Source of the DNA: a virus
Lineage: Duplodnaviria; Caudoviricetes
Direction: 5' to 3' (one strand)
Virus record (IMG/VR): IMGVR_UViG_3300031853_000010
Coordinates: 39,162-103,161 of that record
Length of the DNA stretch: 64,000 nt
Positions within the stretch are counted from its first letter, which is position 1, and each line of letters opens with the position of its first letter. This document shows, piece by piece, positions 1 through 11,817 of the stretch. The notes under the pieces were generated by a model that worked only from the letters and a program-made list of their open reading frames with translations, ran no database searches and was not told the origin of the DNA. A program made the position numbers and the translations under genes.

Positions 1-1454
1 AAGTCAATTGACATATTCTCTACCTTATTTCCATTGAAAAAGTCTGCCGCACCATTGGTTGAAAGATTTTTAAACACAGTGCGGACGGCGGCGATATAGT
101 TTCCATCAGCAACGTCATTTGTATTTTCCTGATAGTTGTCTGTAAAATAATATGTAGGACTTTTATCACAAACACCAGTAAGAGTATAGTTTGAATAGGT
201 TGCATCGGAAACAGTAAAGCCTGTATCATTTATCTGTGTATAAAGAGGATGTGGAGTCTAAATAGAACCTGTCATGAAAGGAATAAATTCTACTTCTTCT
301 GTTTCAACATTCTCTATTGTAGAAACATTGTTATCAGTAATATTTACCAATCCGCCGCGATACCTACGGTTATAAATTATCATGCCTGGGAAGTATTCCC
401 CATTGTGATAGTTGCTTTGATATGAGCCATTTCTTATCACTGGTATAATAAAAAGAGTTGATTTATTGTAAATATTTTTCAAATATTTAAGATTATTCCA
501 ACAGGCTTCAAGATGAGCCACATAATCTTCATAAGTTGTAGGAAGTATAACTGAGTTCTTATAGAAGCCATCGTATTTAAGATAGGGTTTTAAGACTTCG
601 ACGTTTAATGGAATAACTATCGGCTGTATATCCATATATACTGTATACTGAGAAAGTAAAGCAAAAGCTGTCCAAAGGTAAAGCATATTCTCCCAAAGCT
701 AAGCTATCTCATCAAGCATTTCATCCATAAGTCTTCTGATAGGATTATCAGGATTGAATAAGTATGCAAGTATTGCCGCAAGAACTTGACCAATGACCCA
801 GAAATTGCGGTTTAAATCTTCTGCTTCAACCTCTCTTTCATATTCTGGCATAAGAAGACGAAGATATTTGTTAAATAAATGAGTAAATTGAAGATGTTCT
901 TTATTGTTCAAAACTCTTACTATTTTATCATTTTTACGAACTTCGCTGTAATTATCTGAGTCAATATTTTTCCACGGAACTACCCATTCGCCATTATTGA
1001 AACTATTTCCAGCATTAGCATTTAAAATATCACTAATGGTAAATTCAGTAGAGTCGATAGGCTATGTGCTATTGATACAGTTGTAATAAAGTTGTATAAG
1101 CTGATTAAAACTTTCATTCCAATGTGTCTGTCTATTCTCTGGATTGAGAACAAATAAACTATCTAAGAATGTATCCACAAGGTCTGCATTGTTATTAATA
1201 AACTCTGCTACACTCTATACACTTGCAGCAGGATTGCCATCACTTAAAAAGTCTAAATCTCTTATGCCATAGTGTTGAAGTCTTCCTTGTTCATTTTCAC
1301 TTTGGAGGAACTTAGTTAAGCCATCCCAGAATACGTCTTGGTGTTCTGCGAACTTCTTTAATGACACACCGCTGAAATTATCAATGGTAGTTCCTTCCTC
1401 ACCATTAATTAATTCCTTTATTACTTCGTTCATTTCAGTGTAATCTGATGCCAT
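1..1454 (-). CDS. Hypothetical (probably virion-associated) protein, TAG-recoded, runs off the left edge
   Basis: ATG at 1454 with GGAGGTG RBS. Track ORFs 1215-1469, 699-911 and 258-686 share one frame and are separated only by TAG (1215, 1062, 699, 258); no TAA/TGA down to base 1. Confidence 0.8.
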
Positions 1455-1477
1455 GTTTTCACCTCCCATAGTAAAAT

Positions 1478-1506
1478 GGCCGCCATCCGCTTTATGAATG
1501 GCGGCA
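1478..1506 (-). terminator. GC-rich hairpin after the endolysin
   Basis: GCCGCCAT...ATGGCGGC inverted repeat followed by a short T-run on the minus strand. Confidence 0.55.
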
Positions 1507-1513
1507 TAATGAA

Positions 1514-2596
1514 TTATACCTTTTCAATTTTCATTTGAATTCTGTCTATTGGATTACCGAAAAGACCTGCATAGTCTTCAAGACCCTTAACCCAAGGATA
1601 GTAATCTCTACCAACTGGGGCAACTCTGTAAACAACTTGATAGCCTGGACAGTCAAGAAGTTCAACTTGTATACCATCAATCACTCTACCAAAAAATCCA
1701 GCAATGCCGTAATTCCAATCTGATAGGTCATACTTGGTAATCCAACCACACCATTTGCCATTCTTTAAATGAACACGATAACGAACCGTGCCCTCTGACG
1801 CTTTTACAGCAAGACCTGAAATTGGGAAACCTTTTAAACCTGAATAGCCATTGTCATCAATGTCATTACAGTTCTTAATTTCACCAAGCCAAGTGCCGAT
1901 ACATGAAATGTAAGTAATGTCAATGTTCTTAGAAGCGGCAGGCTTGATTTCGGGTTTTACTTCAACGGGCTTTTCTTCTACTTTTTCTTCTTTGGTAGTG
2001 TAGTCTTTATAGCAATAGTCCATGTCAACGTCTCCTCTGATGCCTGCAATCTTACCCTTCCAAGAATATTGCCACATTTCTTTGTGGTCAGGATAGCTTG
2101 TTGAATTTAATGGTGTGCCACCATTGCCTACATGAGCAACCCATACATCGTAAGTATTTTTTACCTCATCAGTAAATGAGTTTTTCAGTCCTGAGTAAGA
2201 AGAATAAATACCAACCTTATAACCTGCTTCTTTAAGTGCTTCACAGAATACTTTGGTGAGTTCTGAAACATTATTCTTTCCAGTTGAAAGAACAGAAGAC
2301 TCTTCAACATCATACCATACAGGATAGTCAAATGTTCTGTTCTTTAAAACTTTAATACAAGCTGCGGCTTCTTTCTTGGCATCTGCTGGGGTCTTTGCGT
2401 AATTATACCAATACACGCCCATTGGGATTTTATTCGCCTTGCAACCACTATAATTTGCTTCAAATTTCTGGTCTTTTTGTGATACTTCACGTCCATATCC
2501 AGCACGAAGGATAGCAAAGTCGATTTCTTTCTTTGCCTGAGACCAATCAATAGAACCATTCCAAACGCTTACGTCAATACCTTTAAGCTTCTCCAT
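1514..2596 (-). CDS. Endolysin: GH25 muramidase plus C-terminal Trp-rich (ChW-like) cell-wall-binding domain
   Basis: GIDVSVWNG, AILRAGYG, YDVEE, WQYS, VDMD GH25 motifs; EEKPVEVKP linker; YRVH..GW repeats; no in-frame TAG. Confidence 0.92.
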   Translation of the reverse strand: MEKLKGIDVSVWNGSIDWSQAKKEIDFAILRAGYGREVSQKDQKFEANYSGCKANKIPMGVYWYNYAKTPADAKKEAAACIKVLKNRTFDYPVWYDVEESSVLSTGKNNVSELTKVFCEALKEAGYKVGIYSSYSGLKNSFTDEVKNTYDVWVAHVGNGGTPLNSTSYPDHKEMWQYSWKGKIAGIRGDVDMDYCYKDYTTKEEKVEEKPVEVKPEIKPAASKNIDITYISCIGTWLGEIKNCNDIDDNGYSGLKGFPISGLAVKASEGTVRYRVHLKNGKWCGWITKYDLSDWNYGIAGFFGRVIDGIQVELLDCPGYQVVYRVAPVGRDYYPWVKGLEDYAGLFGNPIDRIQMKIEKV

Positions 2597-2750
2597 AGTC
2601 TCTCGCCTCCAAATCCTTTAAGAAGTCTGGATTTTCTTTAATAATATCTTCTACTTCTTCTACTGAAATCCTTAAAATTTTAGCAATTTCTTTAGAAGAA
2701 CGACCATAATAATGAGCTTTTAAAAGTTCATATTTAGTTTCGTTAGTCAT
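2583..2750 (-). CDS. Small HTH-like protein overlapping the endolysin start
   Basis: MTNETKYELLKAHYYGRSSKEIAKILRISVEEV; AGGAGG RBS; overlaps the lysin ATG. Confidence 0.75.
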   Translation of the reverse strand: MTNETKYELLKAHYYGRSSKEIAKILRISVEEVEDIIKENPDFLKDLEARDYGEA

Positions 2751-2763
2751 AGTAATTCCTCCT

Positions 2764-2802
2764 AAAAAAAATAGAGAGAAAATCATTCGTTTCCTCTCTA
2801 TT
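2764..2802 (-). terminator. Intrinsic terminator between GH113 and the lysis cassette
   Basis: AATAGAGAGGAAA/TTTTCTCTCTATT stem plus T-tract on the minus strand. Confidence 0.7.
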
Positions 2803-2827
2803 AATGTAATTTTTACTATGTTAGTCT

Positions 2828-3931
2828 TTAAGAATTTAACTTGTAAAAGTTCTTCAAATATTTCTCTGTCTCTTTTTCATAGATGTAGAAGTCTTTATTT
2901 ATAGTTTTTGGAAGTGTAGTAGGCCAATCCCACCAGAATACGCCTGCAAAATGAGGGTCATCATAGAAAACATCCATACAAGATTTATAGAAGGTTAACT
3001 GTTCGCCTTCATTATAAGGAAGGTTTTCGGTAAAGTCCCAAGGATGTTTAGAAGCATCTCTTACGGAACGACATCCTATCTCCATGAAGATGAAGCGTTT
3101 GCCATTCTTTTCAGCAATTGCGTCAAGACGCTCACGAACTTTCTTCCATTCTGCAACCATAGATTTATAGTCAGTCCCATTTATGCCTACTGGGTAGTAA
3201 GCAGAAGTGCCAAGAAAATCTAATTCATTAAACCATTCTTGGTCTTCTTCATGGTCGTGATTTGTATTATACACTAATGCGCCGCGATAGACACGTTTAA
3301 TCTCTTGAATGATGTATTTCCAGTCATAAACTCTGTGTTCTGTTCCAAGCATTTCACAACCGATACATAACATTTCAATACCAAGTCGCTGAGCAAGTTC
3401 AGCATAGTGGAGAATGAAGTTTTTATAGCTTTCAAACCAAGGCTGCCAGTATGCATTAAGGTCATCCATGTTAAGGTCAGGGAAGCCTATATGCGCTCTC
3501 CATACATTATCTTCTGAATGAACCATTGGTTTTAAACAAACTGCTATGCCGCGGCTGTGAGCATCACGAACGAACTCTTCAATGTCATGGTCAGAAGGAG
3601 TTCTTAAATGGTCAGCATAAATTTTTGTTGAGTGATATGTTTCTTGATAGTTAACTACTGTTAAACAAACCCAGTTAAGTCCAAGTTTATACATTTCTTC
3701 TCTTGACTCTTTTCCTTTTTCAGAAACAATTTCTCCACGATTTGCGAAATAGCCATAGCTCATTCCTCTCATTTTATTGAGGTAGCTATTGTGAATTAAC
3801 ACTGGTTCTTCTGCGGTTTTGAACGGCTCCCATTTTTCAGGGATGCCGTCCTTCTGAACTTTATTATAATTAAATTCAATATCGCCGCCGTCTGAACCGA
3901 ATGTTGATAAATTTTTATAATCGTAATTCAT
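2828..3931 (-). CDS. Glycoside hydrolase family 113 (beta-mannanase/mannosidase-like TIM barrel)
   Basis: VCLKPMV, WRAHI, LCIGCEM (acid/base Glu), YNTNH, GTSAYYP, FMEIGCRS (nucleophile Glu), GVFWWDW. Confidence 0.82.
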   Translation of the reverse strand: MNYDYKNLSTFGSDGGDIEFNYNKVQKDGIPEKWEPFKTAEEPVLIHNSYLNKMRGMSYGYFANRGEIVSEKGKESREEMYKLGLNWVCLTVVNYQETYHSTKIYADHLRTPSDHDIEEFVRDAHSRGIAVCLKPMVHSEDNVWRAHIGFPDLNMDDLNAYWQPWFESYKNFILHYAELAQRLGIEMLCIGCEMLGTEHRVYDWKYIIQEIKRVYRGALVYNTNHDHEEDQEWFNELDFLGTSAYYPVGINGTDYKSMVAEWKKVRERLDAIAEKNGKRFIFMEIGCRSVRDASKHPWDFTENLPYNEGEQLTFYKSCMDVFYDDPHFAGVFWWDWPTTLPKTINKDFYIYEKETEKYLKNFYKLNS

Positions 3932-3972
3932 ACTCCTTTTCCTCCTATTAAATAATTATCTCAAATATGACA

Positions 3973-6900
3973 TTATGTTCCTTGTATTAAGTTTTTAAGT
4001 GCTCTGAGTTCTGCAATAGTAAATGAAACCTCTCCCTCAGACTGTGAGCCACTGAAGGTAAATACGGTCTTGTCATACTTTGTTTCACCTTTAATCTTTA
4101 CGCCGCCATAGAGACGAAGTTCAGAACCATCAGTAATTTCAACAACTGGATTGTCTGGATAACTGTCAATATGTGGTTTCCAACCTGCTTCACAAATTGA
4201 GAAGGTGATTGTATAGCCGCCGTCTGCTGTGGCAATTGAGAGGATATCCCAAAGAGTGTAATCTTCTTGTGCGAGATATGCTTCAAATGCGGCATAGTCA
4301 GTAGCATTTGCTTGGAAATCTGCTATTGCTTGCGCCTGATTTGATACGTCATATGTTGTGGAAGAAGTAAGGTCAAATGTTTTTGTATGGTCAGCATCGG
4401 CAATCCATTTTTCTCTCATAGTGAAATTAACAGGACCATATGCTTGAACAATAGGACCTTTCTCCCAGGGTTCTGGATTTTGTCCTACTCTATCTATTGT
4501 CTGAATTGGACCTCTCCAATCTTTACCCATATGAGCAGTCTGATGCCAAGGAATTGATGACTGAGCAGTCACTTCATAGATTGGACTTACCAGTTCAACT
4601 GAGTAGTTAGTGTCTGCAGCGGTTTTAAGATAGCTACCATTGTTATAACTACCGCCAGTAGACCATGCTGTCAATACACCATTATGGTATACCTTATTAT
4701 TTGTGAGATTCATTACTTTATTTATTAAAGCCTTCTGCTCAGCAGTCATATCGCTATATGTTGTATTAGCAGGAAGGTCGAAATCATTTGGAGTAGTTGT
4801 TCCAGTAGATGAGTAAAGCAAACTCATTCCAGTTTTTAATGAAATATAAACATTGTAAAATCTTAACTTATATTTTCCAACTGTATCGTCCCATTCGTGG
4901 GTATAAGAAGGGCTTCTATTAAAACTCCAAGTTCCTTTGATATTTAATGCTTTACCAAAAAGTTCTTTAATTGTTGTGTCTGTCATTGCAGCGGTATAAG
5001 TTGAATAATCAGTATCACTGTAAACGTATACAGATGCGGCGCTAATCCATATATTAGTTGTGCTGGTTTGAACATCTACTGACTGAACGTAATTATTACC
5101 GATAAATGTTTTTGTAATTCCATTTACAAGAAGTTCTGGATTGTCATAAACTTTATTCCATACATTTTCTGGCTTGGTAGAAGTAAGATAACTACCAAAT
5201 TCATCAGCAATTTGTTGATTTGTATATGAACTTAGGTCTTTCTAAATTTCAACTGTTTTAGTTTCATAATCATGACTATGCCATCCTGTAAACTCAGGAT
5301 AATACATACCAGATTGAATTTTTCTTGTAGGATTGCTTGCTCTAAATATCTAAGTGCCACTCCATGACTCATAGTGGTTATTACCATCCCAGTTAATAAA
5401 AGAATCATTACCAGAAAGAATAGCTTGGAAATTTTCCCAGTGTCCTACAATATCAGTGCGAGTGCCGCTCATATCAAGACCAAAAAGTGTTTGGTTAGCC
5501 TTTTTATCTGTTGGACCGATTCTAATACTTGTTTGTCCATAAAGATTAATATCCTTTGAATATTTTCCAGTAATAGAGATATTTTCTATTGCATCTGCAT
5601 TATTAAAAAGTTTATGAATACTTACTTTTGAATGTGCATCAGCACTTAATCTATTTGCAAGATAGCTATTATCTTCAGCACACATATGGTCAATAAGACC
5701 GCCTCCTAAACTAGCGCCTCTTAACACTAATGAGTTTTGGTCAATTTTAAGAGCGGAGCCGCCTGTAATTTCAAAATATGGGTCAGGCACGCCATCTATT
5801 AAATCTTGTACATGGGTTGGGATGTCTTCACGAAGATGTAAAAGAGTCTTTTTTATTGGAAAATCATAGTTGTCCAAAGAAGCGATGTGACCTAAATGCT
5901 CAAGTGCGCGGCCATAATCGGGAGCTTCAATACACTCTGCTTTAAAATTATTTTGTTCCAATTTGTCAAGACCACCAACGCCTACTATAATTTGTGTTGG
6001 CTCTACGGTAATTACTGCACACTTTTTAAAGTCTGTTGTATCACATTGAGTTCTAATAATAGTATTTGGTCCAATGTCTACCTCAGTCATTTTATCAAAA
6101 TCTTCAACAGAAGCCTACTGAGAAACTTCAGATACAGAAAAAGTTTTTATATAAACTGCTCTAAAATTAGATGAAACAAGAAAATCTTGTTCTGTTAAAT
6201 TATCATAAGTTATTGTAATGCCAGGCTAACCATTATATTTTTCATACATAGAACGAATTAAATCATAATTATTCCATGATTGTTCTTTATATTGCCAATG
6301 AACATTGTAAAGCTCTTTGGTAAGCATTGTATCATCAATGTCAAAAGTAATTGTACCCTTATCTGATGATGAAGAAGTGCGAATTAATTCTGCTGAAAAA
6401 ACAACATGACTTCTTGCATGATAACCATCGCTCCACTATCCACCAGAAATGTGGACACGCGCATTACCTTGAATAACAGTTTGTGCACCATTTTTTGCTT
6501 GAAATACAGCGTTGTCTAACATTTGGAAAGTAGGGCTGTCATGCATAGAAAATATTGGAATACCACTTGAGATATATTCATTATTTTTTATAAGTCCGAA
6601 CGGGTCTTCATAACGACGAATGTTATCAACAATATTTCTAACGCCTTTTCTGAAACAATCATAATAAGGATGCTCCTTATTATAATTAAACCTCATAATC
6701 GCGCCGCCATCCATCTGTATAATCGGCATCTGCATATCATCTTTTGGCTACATCATAATCTGTGCTGCACCGTCAAGAATTAAGCGAGAATAAGGAATTT
6801 CCTCGCCCCAGAATGTAGGTGCTGTCCATACGCCTTCTTCATAGTCATGGACTACTGTTTTGCCCATTAATATCTGAGCGCCCTTATCCATTATAAAAGT

Positions 6901-7284
6901 AGTGGGCTCAACATTAGCCATTGAACTTTGAAAACTAAAACAGTTAACCTAATCAGTTTCAAACTGAGCACTATTACTACCAAAATCAGCAATGGTCTTT
7001 TTTGACATTTTTACTTTTGCAGCATTTCCCGATGCCCAATCATTTCCGTCTCCCACAATAAGTTCATTTGCGAGAGCATTGATTGGAGGAGCTTGACCGC
7101 CGCCTTCTCCAAGACCAAAATGACCTTTTTCGCCGCCTGTGCCTGGGAAGAATTTTACTACGTCATAGTGTTCTTCGGCAGTATTTTGCTCGACAATATC
7201 GCTCAAATCTGAAAGAACAGTGTCTATGTTTTCAGCAGTAGCAGACTCTCCTTCTATTTTCCAGTAGTGTCCATTTTCTGCCAT
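3973..7284 (-). CDS. Large hypothetical virion/tail-fibre-like protein, 1103 aa, 7 in-frame TAG
   Basis: Four track ORFs in one frame joined across TAG at 6949, 6748, 6436, 6226, 6115, 5350, 5242; ends TAA; AGGAGG RBS. Confidence 0.8.
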
Positions 7285-7547
7285 TAATCTCCCTCCTATA
7301 TATCTATAAATTTATTGTCATAGCTACAAATAAACTTACCGTCATGGGATTGTAAATTTGGAGCTTTTACTTTTATCTATTTACTTGCCGAAGCGTTAAT
7401 GGGGATAATCTATTCTCCGACCTAAATACTCATGACAACATCAGCTTTGATGATATCATCGCCAATGTAGTCATAAGTAAGTTTAGTGTCGGAGATAGAG
7501 TTGGTTATTTCTTTATTAACGCTCGGTGAAAAATTGTTCCATGCCAT
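7284..7547 (-). CDS. Hypothetical protein, 87 aa with 4 TAG (absent from ORF track)
   Basis: GAGGTG RBS, ATG 7547 (MAWNNFSPSV...); TAA overlaps the next ATG (TAATG) only when TAG is read through. Confidence 0.75.
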
Positions 7548-7560
7548 ATTCTTCACCTCT

Positions 7561-7589
7561 ATTATATCATGTTCAGATTAAAAAGTCAA
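7561..7589 (-). promoter_or_regulatory. sigmaA-type promoter
   Basis: TTGACT-N17-TATAAT with extended TG. Confidence 0.8.
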
Positions 7590-7597
7590 GTGGTTAA

Positions 7598-10500
7598 TTA
7601 TACTGCATTGGGGTCCCAGTCATAGTGGATTGTAGCTTCTGCTCTTAAACCATAACGAGATTGTGTACCTGATGGTTGAGACCACTGGAAGTATACATCT
7701 GTGATTGAAGTGTTTCCTCTGAATGAATATTGATTAAGTTTTGATGCGGAAGTTCCTTTTATATAAACTTTCTTTACACCACCTTCATAATCGCCCTAAG
7801 TGAATGTATCTGCTGGAATTGAAACATTGCTTGGAATAACAATTTCGTCCAATGCAGTACAGCCGCTAAACATATTGCTGGCCAATGCAATATTTTTCGC
7901 TTCATGGAAGGTTACAGAGGTTAATTTAGTACAACCTGCAAAACAATAGCTTTGAATGGTTGCAATTTGGTTTGGAATAACAGCATTTTTTAAGCCACTG
8001 TCTTTAAAACATCCTGTTGGAAGTGTAGTGACTGCTGTTGTAAGCTGAGGAATTTCTTCTATACTACTTTCGGCAAAAGCCTATTGAGCCAATCTTTTAA
8101 TACCATTAGGACAATTAATAGATAAAAGTTTTGGACAATTACTAAAATTATATGAACCTATTTGAGCTTCAAGTGTAGCTGGGAATTTTACTGTAGTTAA
8201 GTTAACACAATTGCGGAAAATATATGAATTAAGTTGATAGTTTCCTGGGTTATATACAGTTCCAGATAAATCAACTTCAACAAGGTCTGCGCAATCTTCA
8301 AAACATCTTTCTCCGATAGCATTTAAAGTAGCAGGAGCTGTCATGGAAGTGATTTTAGTATTTGCAAAGGCATATTTGTTAAAACTTGTAATTTGACTAT
8401 CTTGTGCAAAAGTTATTGAAGCCAAAGAAGTGCAATCTTTAAATGCCTCATCTGAAATTGTTTTTACAGTGCTTCCTGTATTAAAATTAAATTCTGTAAT
8501 GGATGAACAGCCAGAAAATGCTCTTGTGCCCAAAGTTGAAATTTTGCCAACCGTAGGATTAAGCATTTTCTTACAATCCATAAAGGCTTCTGCGCCAATT
8601 GATGTTGCTCCTGTTAAATCAAAAGATTGTTCTAAATTTATACATCCACTATATGCGCCTTCTGGAACTGTATTAGAAGGCCAAGTGGTTGGCTGCTATA
8701 TAGATGTCAAAGATTCACAATTTGCAAAAGCTCTTTTTGCTGAAGAGCTCTATAAAGTAAAATCGTTCTTTAAAGTTATTGAAGGAACCTTCTTACAACC
8801 ATCAAAAGTATATCCCTAAATGGTCTTAACTTTGCTAACATCAAGTGGCTTATCTATTGAATTACAATGTTGAAAACTTGCATCTGCTAAATCAGTAACA
8901 TTAGACAAATCAATATCTCCGTTCATCTTTCTACAACCGTAAAAAGCTCTTGAGCCAATTGAAGTTGTCAAATTGGTAATTTTTACTGTTGTCAAGTTTT
9001 CACAGAAGCTAAAAGCGTTAGTAGGAATAGTTGCTACTTTTGATAAGTCTGCATTTATATCCAAAGAACTACACTCAGAGAAAGCATACGAACCAATTGT
9101 CTCAATATTTGTTAAGTCAAAACCAGAAACTAATGAGGAGCATCCTACGAAAGTATAGGCTGGAATTTCTGTTATTTGTGATGGAAGATTGATGGTTGTT
9201 AACTTATCACAATTTCTGAAAGTATAAGTTTGACCGATAGAAGCAAAATCTTCATCAAGAACTATTTCCTCAACCTTTCCAAAAGAGTTTGCTGTGCCGC
9301 TTGAGCCAGTGAAGAACCAGTTGAATACATCTCCTGGCGCACCATAGATGCTAATCTTTTTAGGTTCGTTGTTTTCATTAAGTAGGTCAACTGTGAGATA
9401 GCGGTCAGGCATTACTGCGCCGCCAGAAACATTGACTGTAATTGAGTTGTTTAAGGTTGTGTCGTATGTGCCATTTTGGGTAATGTCTTGGCTTAGAGGA
9501 GTTTGAGCAACTAATGCGCCGTTGGAAACAACTTTGCCTTCGTCGGATGGGGTGAAGGAAGTTTGGACATTTACATTTACCATATTATATCCGGCATATT
9601 CACTGGGTTGATCATACTTAATATACATTTCTGACGGTTTCGGCGTTGTTTCCACATCAACCACCGTGTTACCCTTATTAGTCGGTATCTGCACCCCTGC
9701 CTGTTCCATGCTGAGAGTATCAGCGTAATCACCAATCTTTCTGAGAGGTTCGTTGACTATGCCTGTTTGCTCAGTTGCTAAGACGTACCAGACTGTTACT
9801 GGTGTGCCTGCGGCGTATTGAGCTGCGAGATATTCTTTCAGACCTGCAACTGTGTTTCCGCTTGTCTGTGCATTCATTATTGCGCTACCAAAGTTGAGAT
9901 AAAGAACATCATCACCGTTGAATACACCCACCTTTGATGCTAATAACGTGCCCATATCTTCAAGATGACTACATACACAAGTCTTGTTTGCCAAATAGCC
10001 AGTTTGATAGTATAGATAATTACCTGGATTACCTGCGTCATTCTTAGTCCAATTCTCCTTTCCCGTTAGCACCAACTTCTTCACTTTCCTTGTTGTCTGC
10101 ACCTCACCCAGATAAACAGGCGTTGTGGTGTTGGCGGATAAAATCGGGATTTTAACTCCATATGGTTCGTAGGGGAGAGCGGTTGAGCCTGTGTTGAGCA
10201 TGGGTTGGGTTATGGTATATGATGTATTAGAAGATGTAAAAGAAATTCTGACTTTTACTGTTCCTTGTAATAATGTGAATATTTTTGCTGTACTTGTAGA
10301 TGTTGAAGTTGCTTCTCCAAGAAAAGTCCCACTTCCATCATAACAGTTACAAGCTATTGAGATTGATGATGATGTATTAGGAGATACTGTCAATCGCACA
10401 GCTTCTGTCACTGGAATAAAATCCGTATAAAAACCTCGCCATGCTGTGTTTGCTTGATACGATACACTGTCTGTACTAATTGTAATTGTACCGACTTCAT

Positions 10501-10921
10501 AGTCGATTGTACCATCATTTTCGATTCTGCCTACGTGAAGTTTGTTAGCATCAAGAGGAAACAAATTCCCCGTCCTCTCACCACACTCACTCGGCTGTAT
10601 CGGAGTTGTGGGCGTTGGTGTGCCAGTCTGAGACATATTTCCGCTAATGAGGTAGTCAAGCAGATTAGTTCCTAAACTATCATTAAGAGTTATTGGAAAA
10701 GATGTAGATGTTATTTCTGTTGGAGTAGATTCATAATATGTACCATTTTCGGTAACATTTAAAGTAGTTAAATTAGCTGTAGGAATGGAATTAATGTCAT
10801 TAGGAAATTCTTCCAATCCATCGCCAGCATTAACTGTGCCGCCCTTAGCGATGATAGCATTACCAATTGCAGGGACTGTCGCTTTCAATCTACGTAAATT
10901 ATCTGCTAATGTATTTGGCAT
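7598..10921 (-). CDS. BspA-like leucine-rich-repeat (LRR_5) protein with N-terminal phage structural modules, 1107 aa
   Basis: Repeated IGxxAFxxCxxLxxI units; track ORFs 8816-10921 and 8081-8581 joined via TAG at 8816, 8696, 8081, 7796; ends ...AEATIHYDWDPNAV-TAA. Confidence 0.85.
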
Positions 10922-10922
10922 A

Positions 10923-11180
10923 TTATAACACCTCCTCTAATACAGCATTTATATCTCCAATCAACTATCTTAATTCTTCTATATCTGAATTTATATCAGT
11001 AATAGACAATTGAATATTTGTAATATTTGTTGCGTTTGTGCTTATTTGTAACACGTCATTTGCTGTAATACCACTATTCATAGCTTCAAGCTACTTGCTG
11101 GTTGGAGTGAAACCTCCGCCACCACCGCCTCCACCACCTGTGGAATTATTAAAAGGATTAAACATACCTTGCATATTCAT
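10923..11180 (-). CDS. Small tail-fibre-associated-like protein, 85 aa, 2 TAG (absent from ORF track)
   Basis: MNMQGMFNPF..GGGGGGGGFTPTSK*LEAMNSGIT; GGAGGTG RBS; QLxAxNSGIT motif restored by TAG=Q. Confidence 0.75.
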
Positions 11181-11195
11181 TTTCATCCACCTCCA

Positions 11196-11486
11196 TTAAG
11201 GAACATAATAAATATTACCGCTAAATGGCGCGTCAAAAACAAGGCTATATATGTAGCTACCTCTTTCTCCATTAAAAGGAGTGATAAAACTACCGCAAGA
11301 AGGAACTTCAAGCTTGTTATCAGGATTGTTTAAGCTAAAAGATGTTCCCGCCGTCGCCTCAAAGCCAATAAAACGGAATGGAGTGTGGGTTATAATTCCT
11401 TTCGTTCTAAGTTCTTGCTTAATTAAGTCAATAACATTAGTACCAGCAGGAATTGCCGCTGTGGGTTTATACATTCTGTAATCCAT
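11196..11486 (-). CDS. Hypothetical beta-rich protein
   Basis: AGGAGG RBS; fits the operon. Confidence 0.75.
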   Translation of the reverse strand: MDYRMYKPTAAIPAGTNVIDLIKQELRTKGIITHTPFRFIGFEATAGTSFSLNNPDNKLEVPSCGSFITPFNGERGSYIYSLVFDAPFSGNIYYVP

Positions 11487-11498
11487 AAAATCGCCTCC

Positions 11499-11753
11499 TT
11501 ATAGAACTTCTGTTCCATATTCATTAAATATCTCCTTTACTCTACTCATTTCCTCAGGATTATCAATTAATATTTTAATTGTGTCCCCTTGTAAGAATCT
11601 TGCCGATAGGACTCCTATTGTAGACCTACCATTAATTCTTCTCTCATATTCCTTATATAAAAATACAGAAGTCTTTAATTCATTTAGAGAATATACAAGA
11701 CTTGTTGCATTTCTTGACATTAAGTTTTTGTTTAATTTATATGTGCATTCCAT
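11499..11753 (-). CDS. HPr/Crh-like phosphocarrier-fold protein lacking His15
   Basis: LMSRNATSLV aligns to LHARPAxxLV; INGRSTIGVLS aligns to VNxKSIMGVLS; 84 aa. Confidence 0.7.
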   Translation of the reverse strand: MECTYKLNKNLMSRNATSLVYSLNELKTSVFLYKEYERRINGRSTIGVLSARFLQGDTIKILIDNPEEMSRVKEIFNEYGTEVL

Positions 11754-11772
11754 ATTTTTCACCTCTTATTAT

Positions 11773-11801
11773 ATTATAGCACTCTCCGCCGAAAAAGTCA
11801 A
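11773..11801 (-). promoter_or_regulatory. sigmaA-type promoter (leftward of divergent pair)
   Basis: TTGACT-N17-TATAAT with extended TG. Confidence 0.8.
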
Positions 11802-11817
11802 CATTTAAATTGAGAGC

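Noticed and set aside
11114-11139. CCx repeat as a DNA repeat element
   Set aside because: It encodes the poly-Gly linker of the 85-aa gene.
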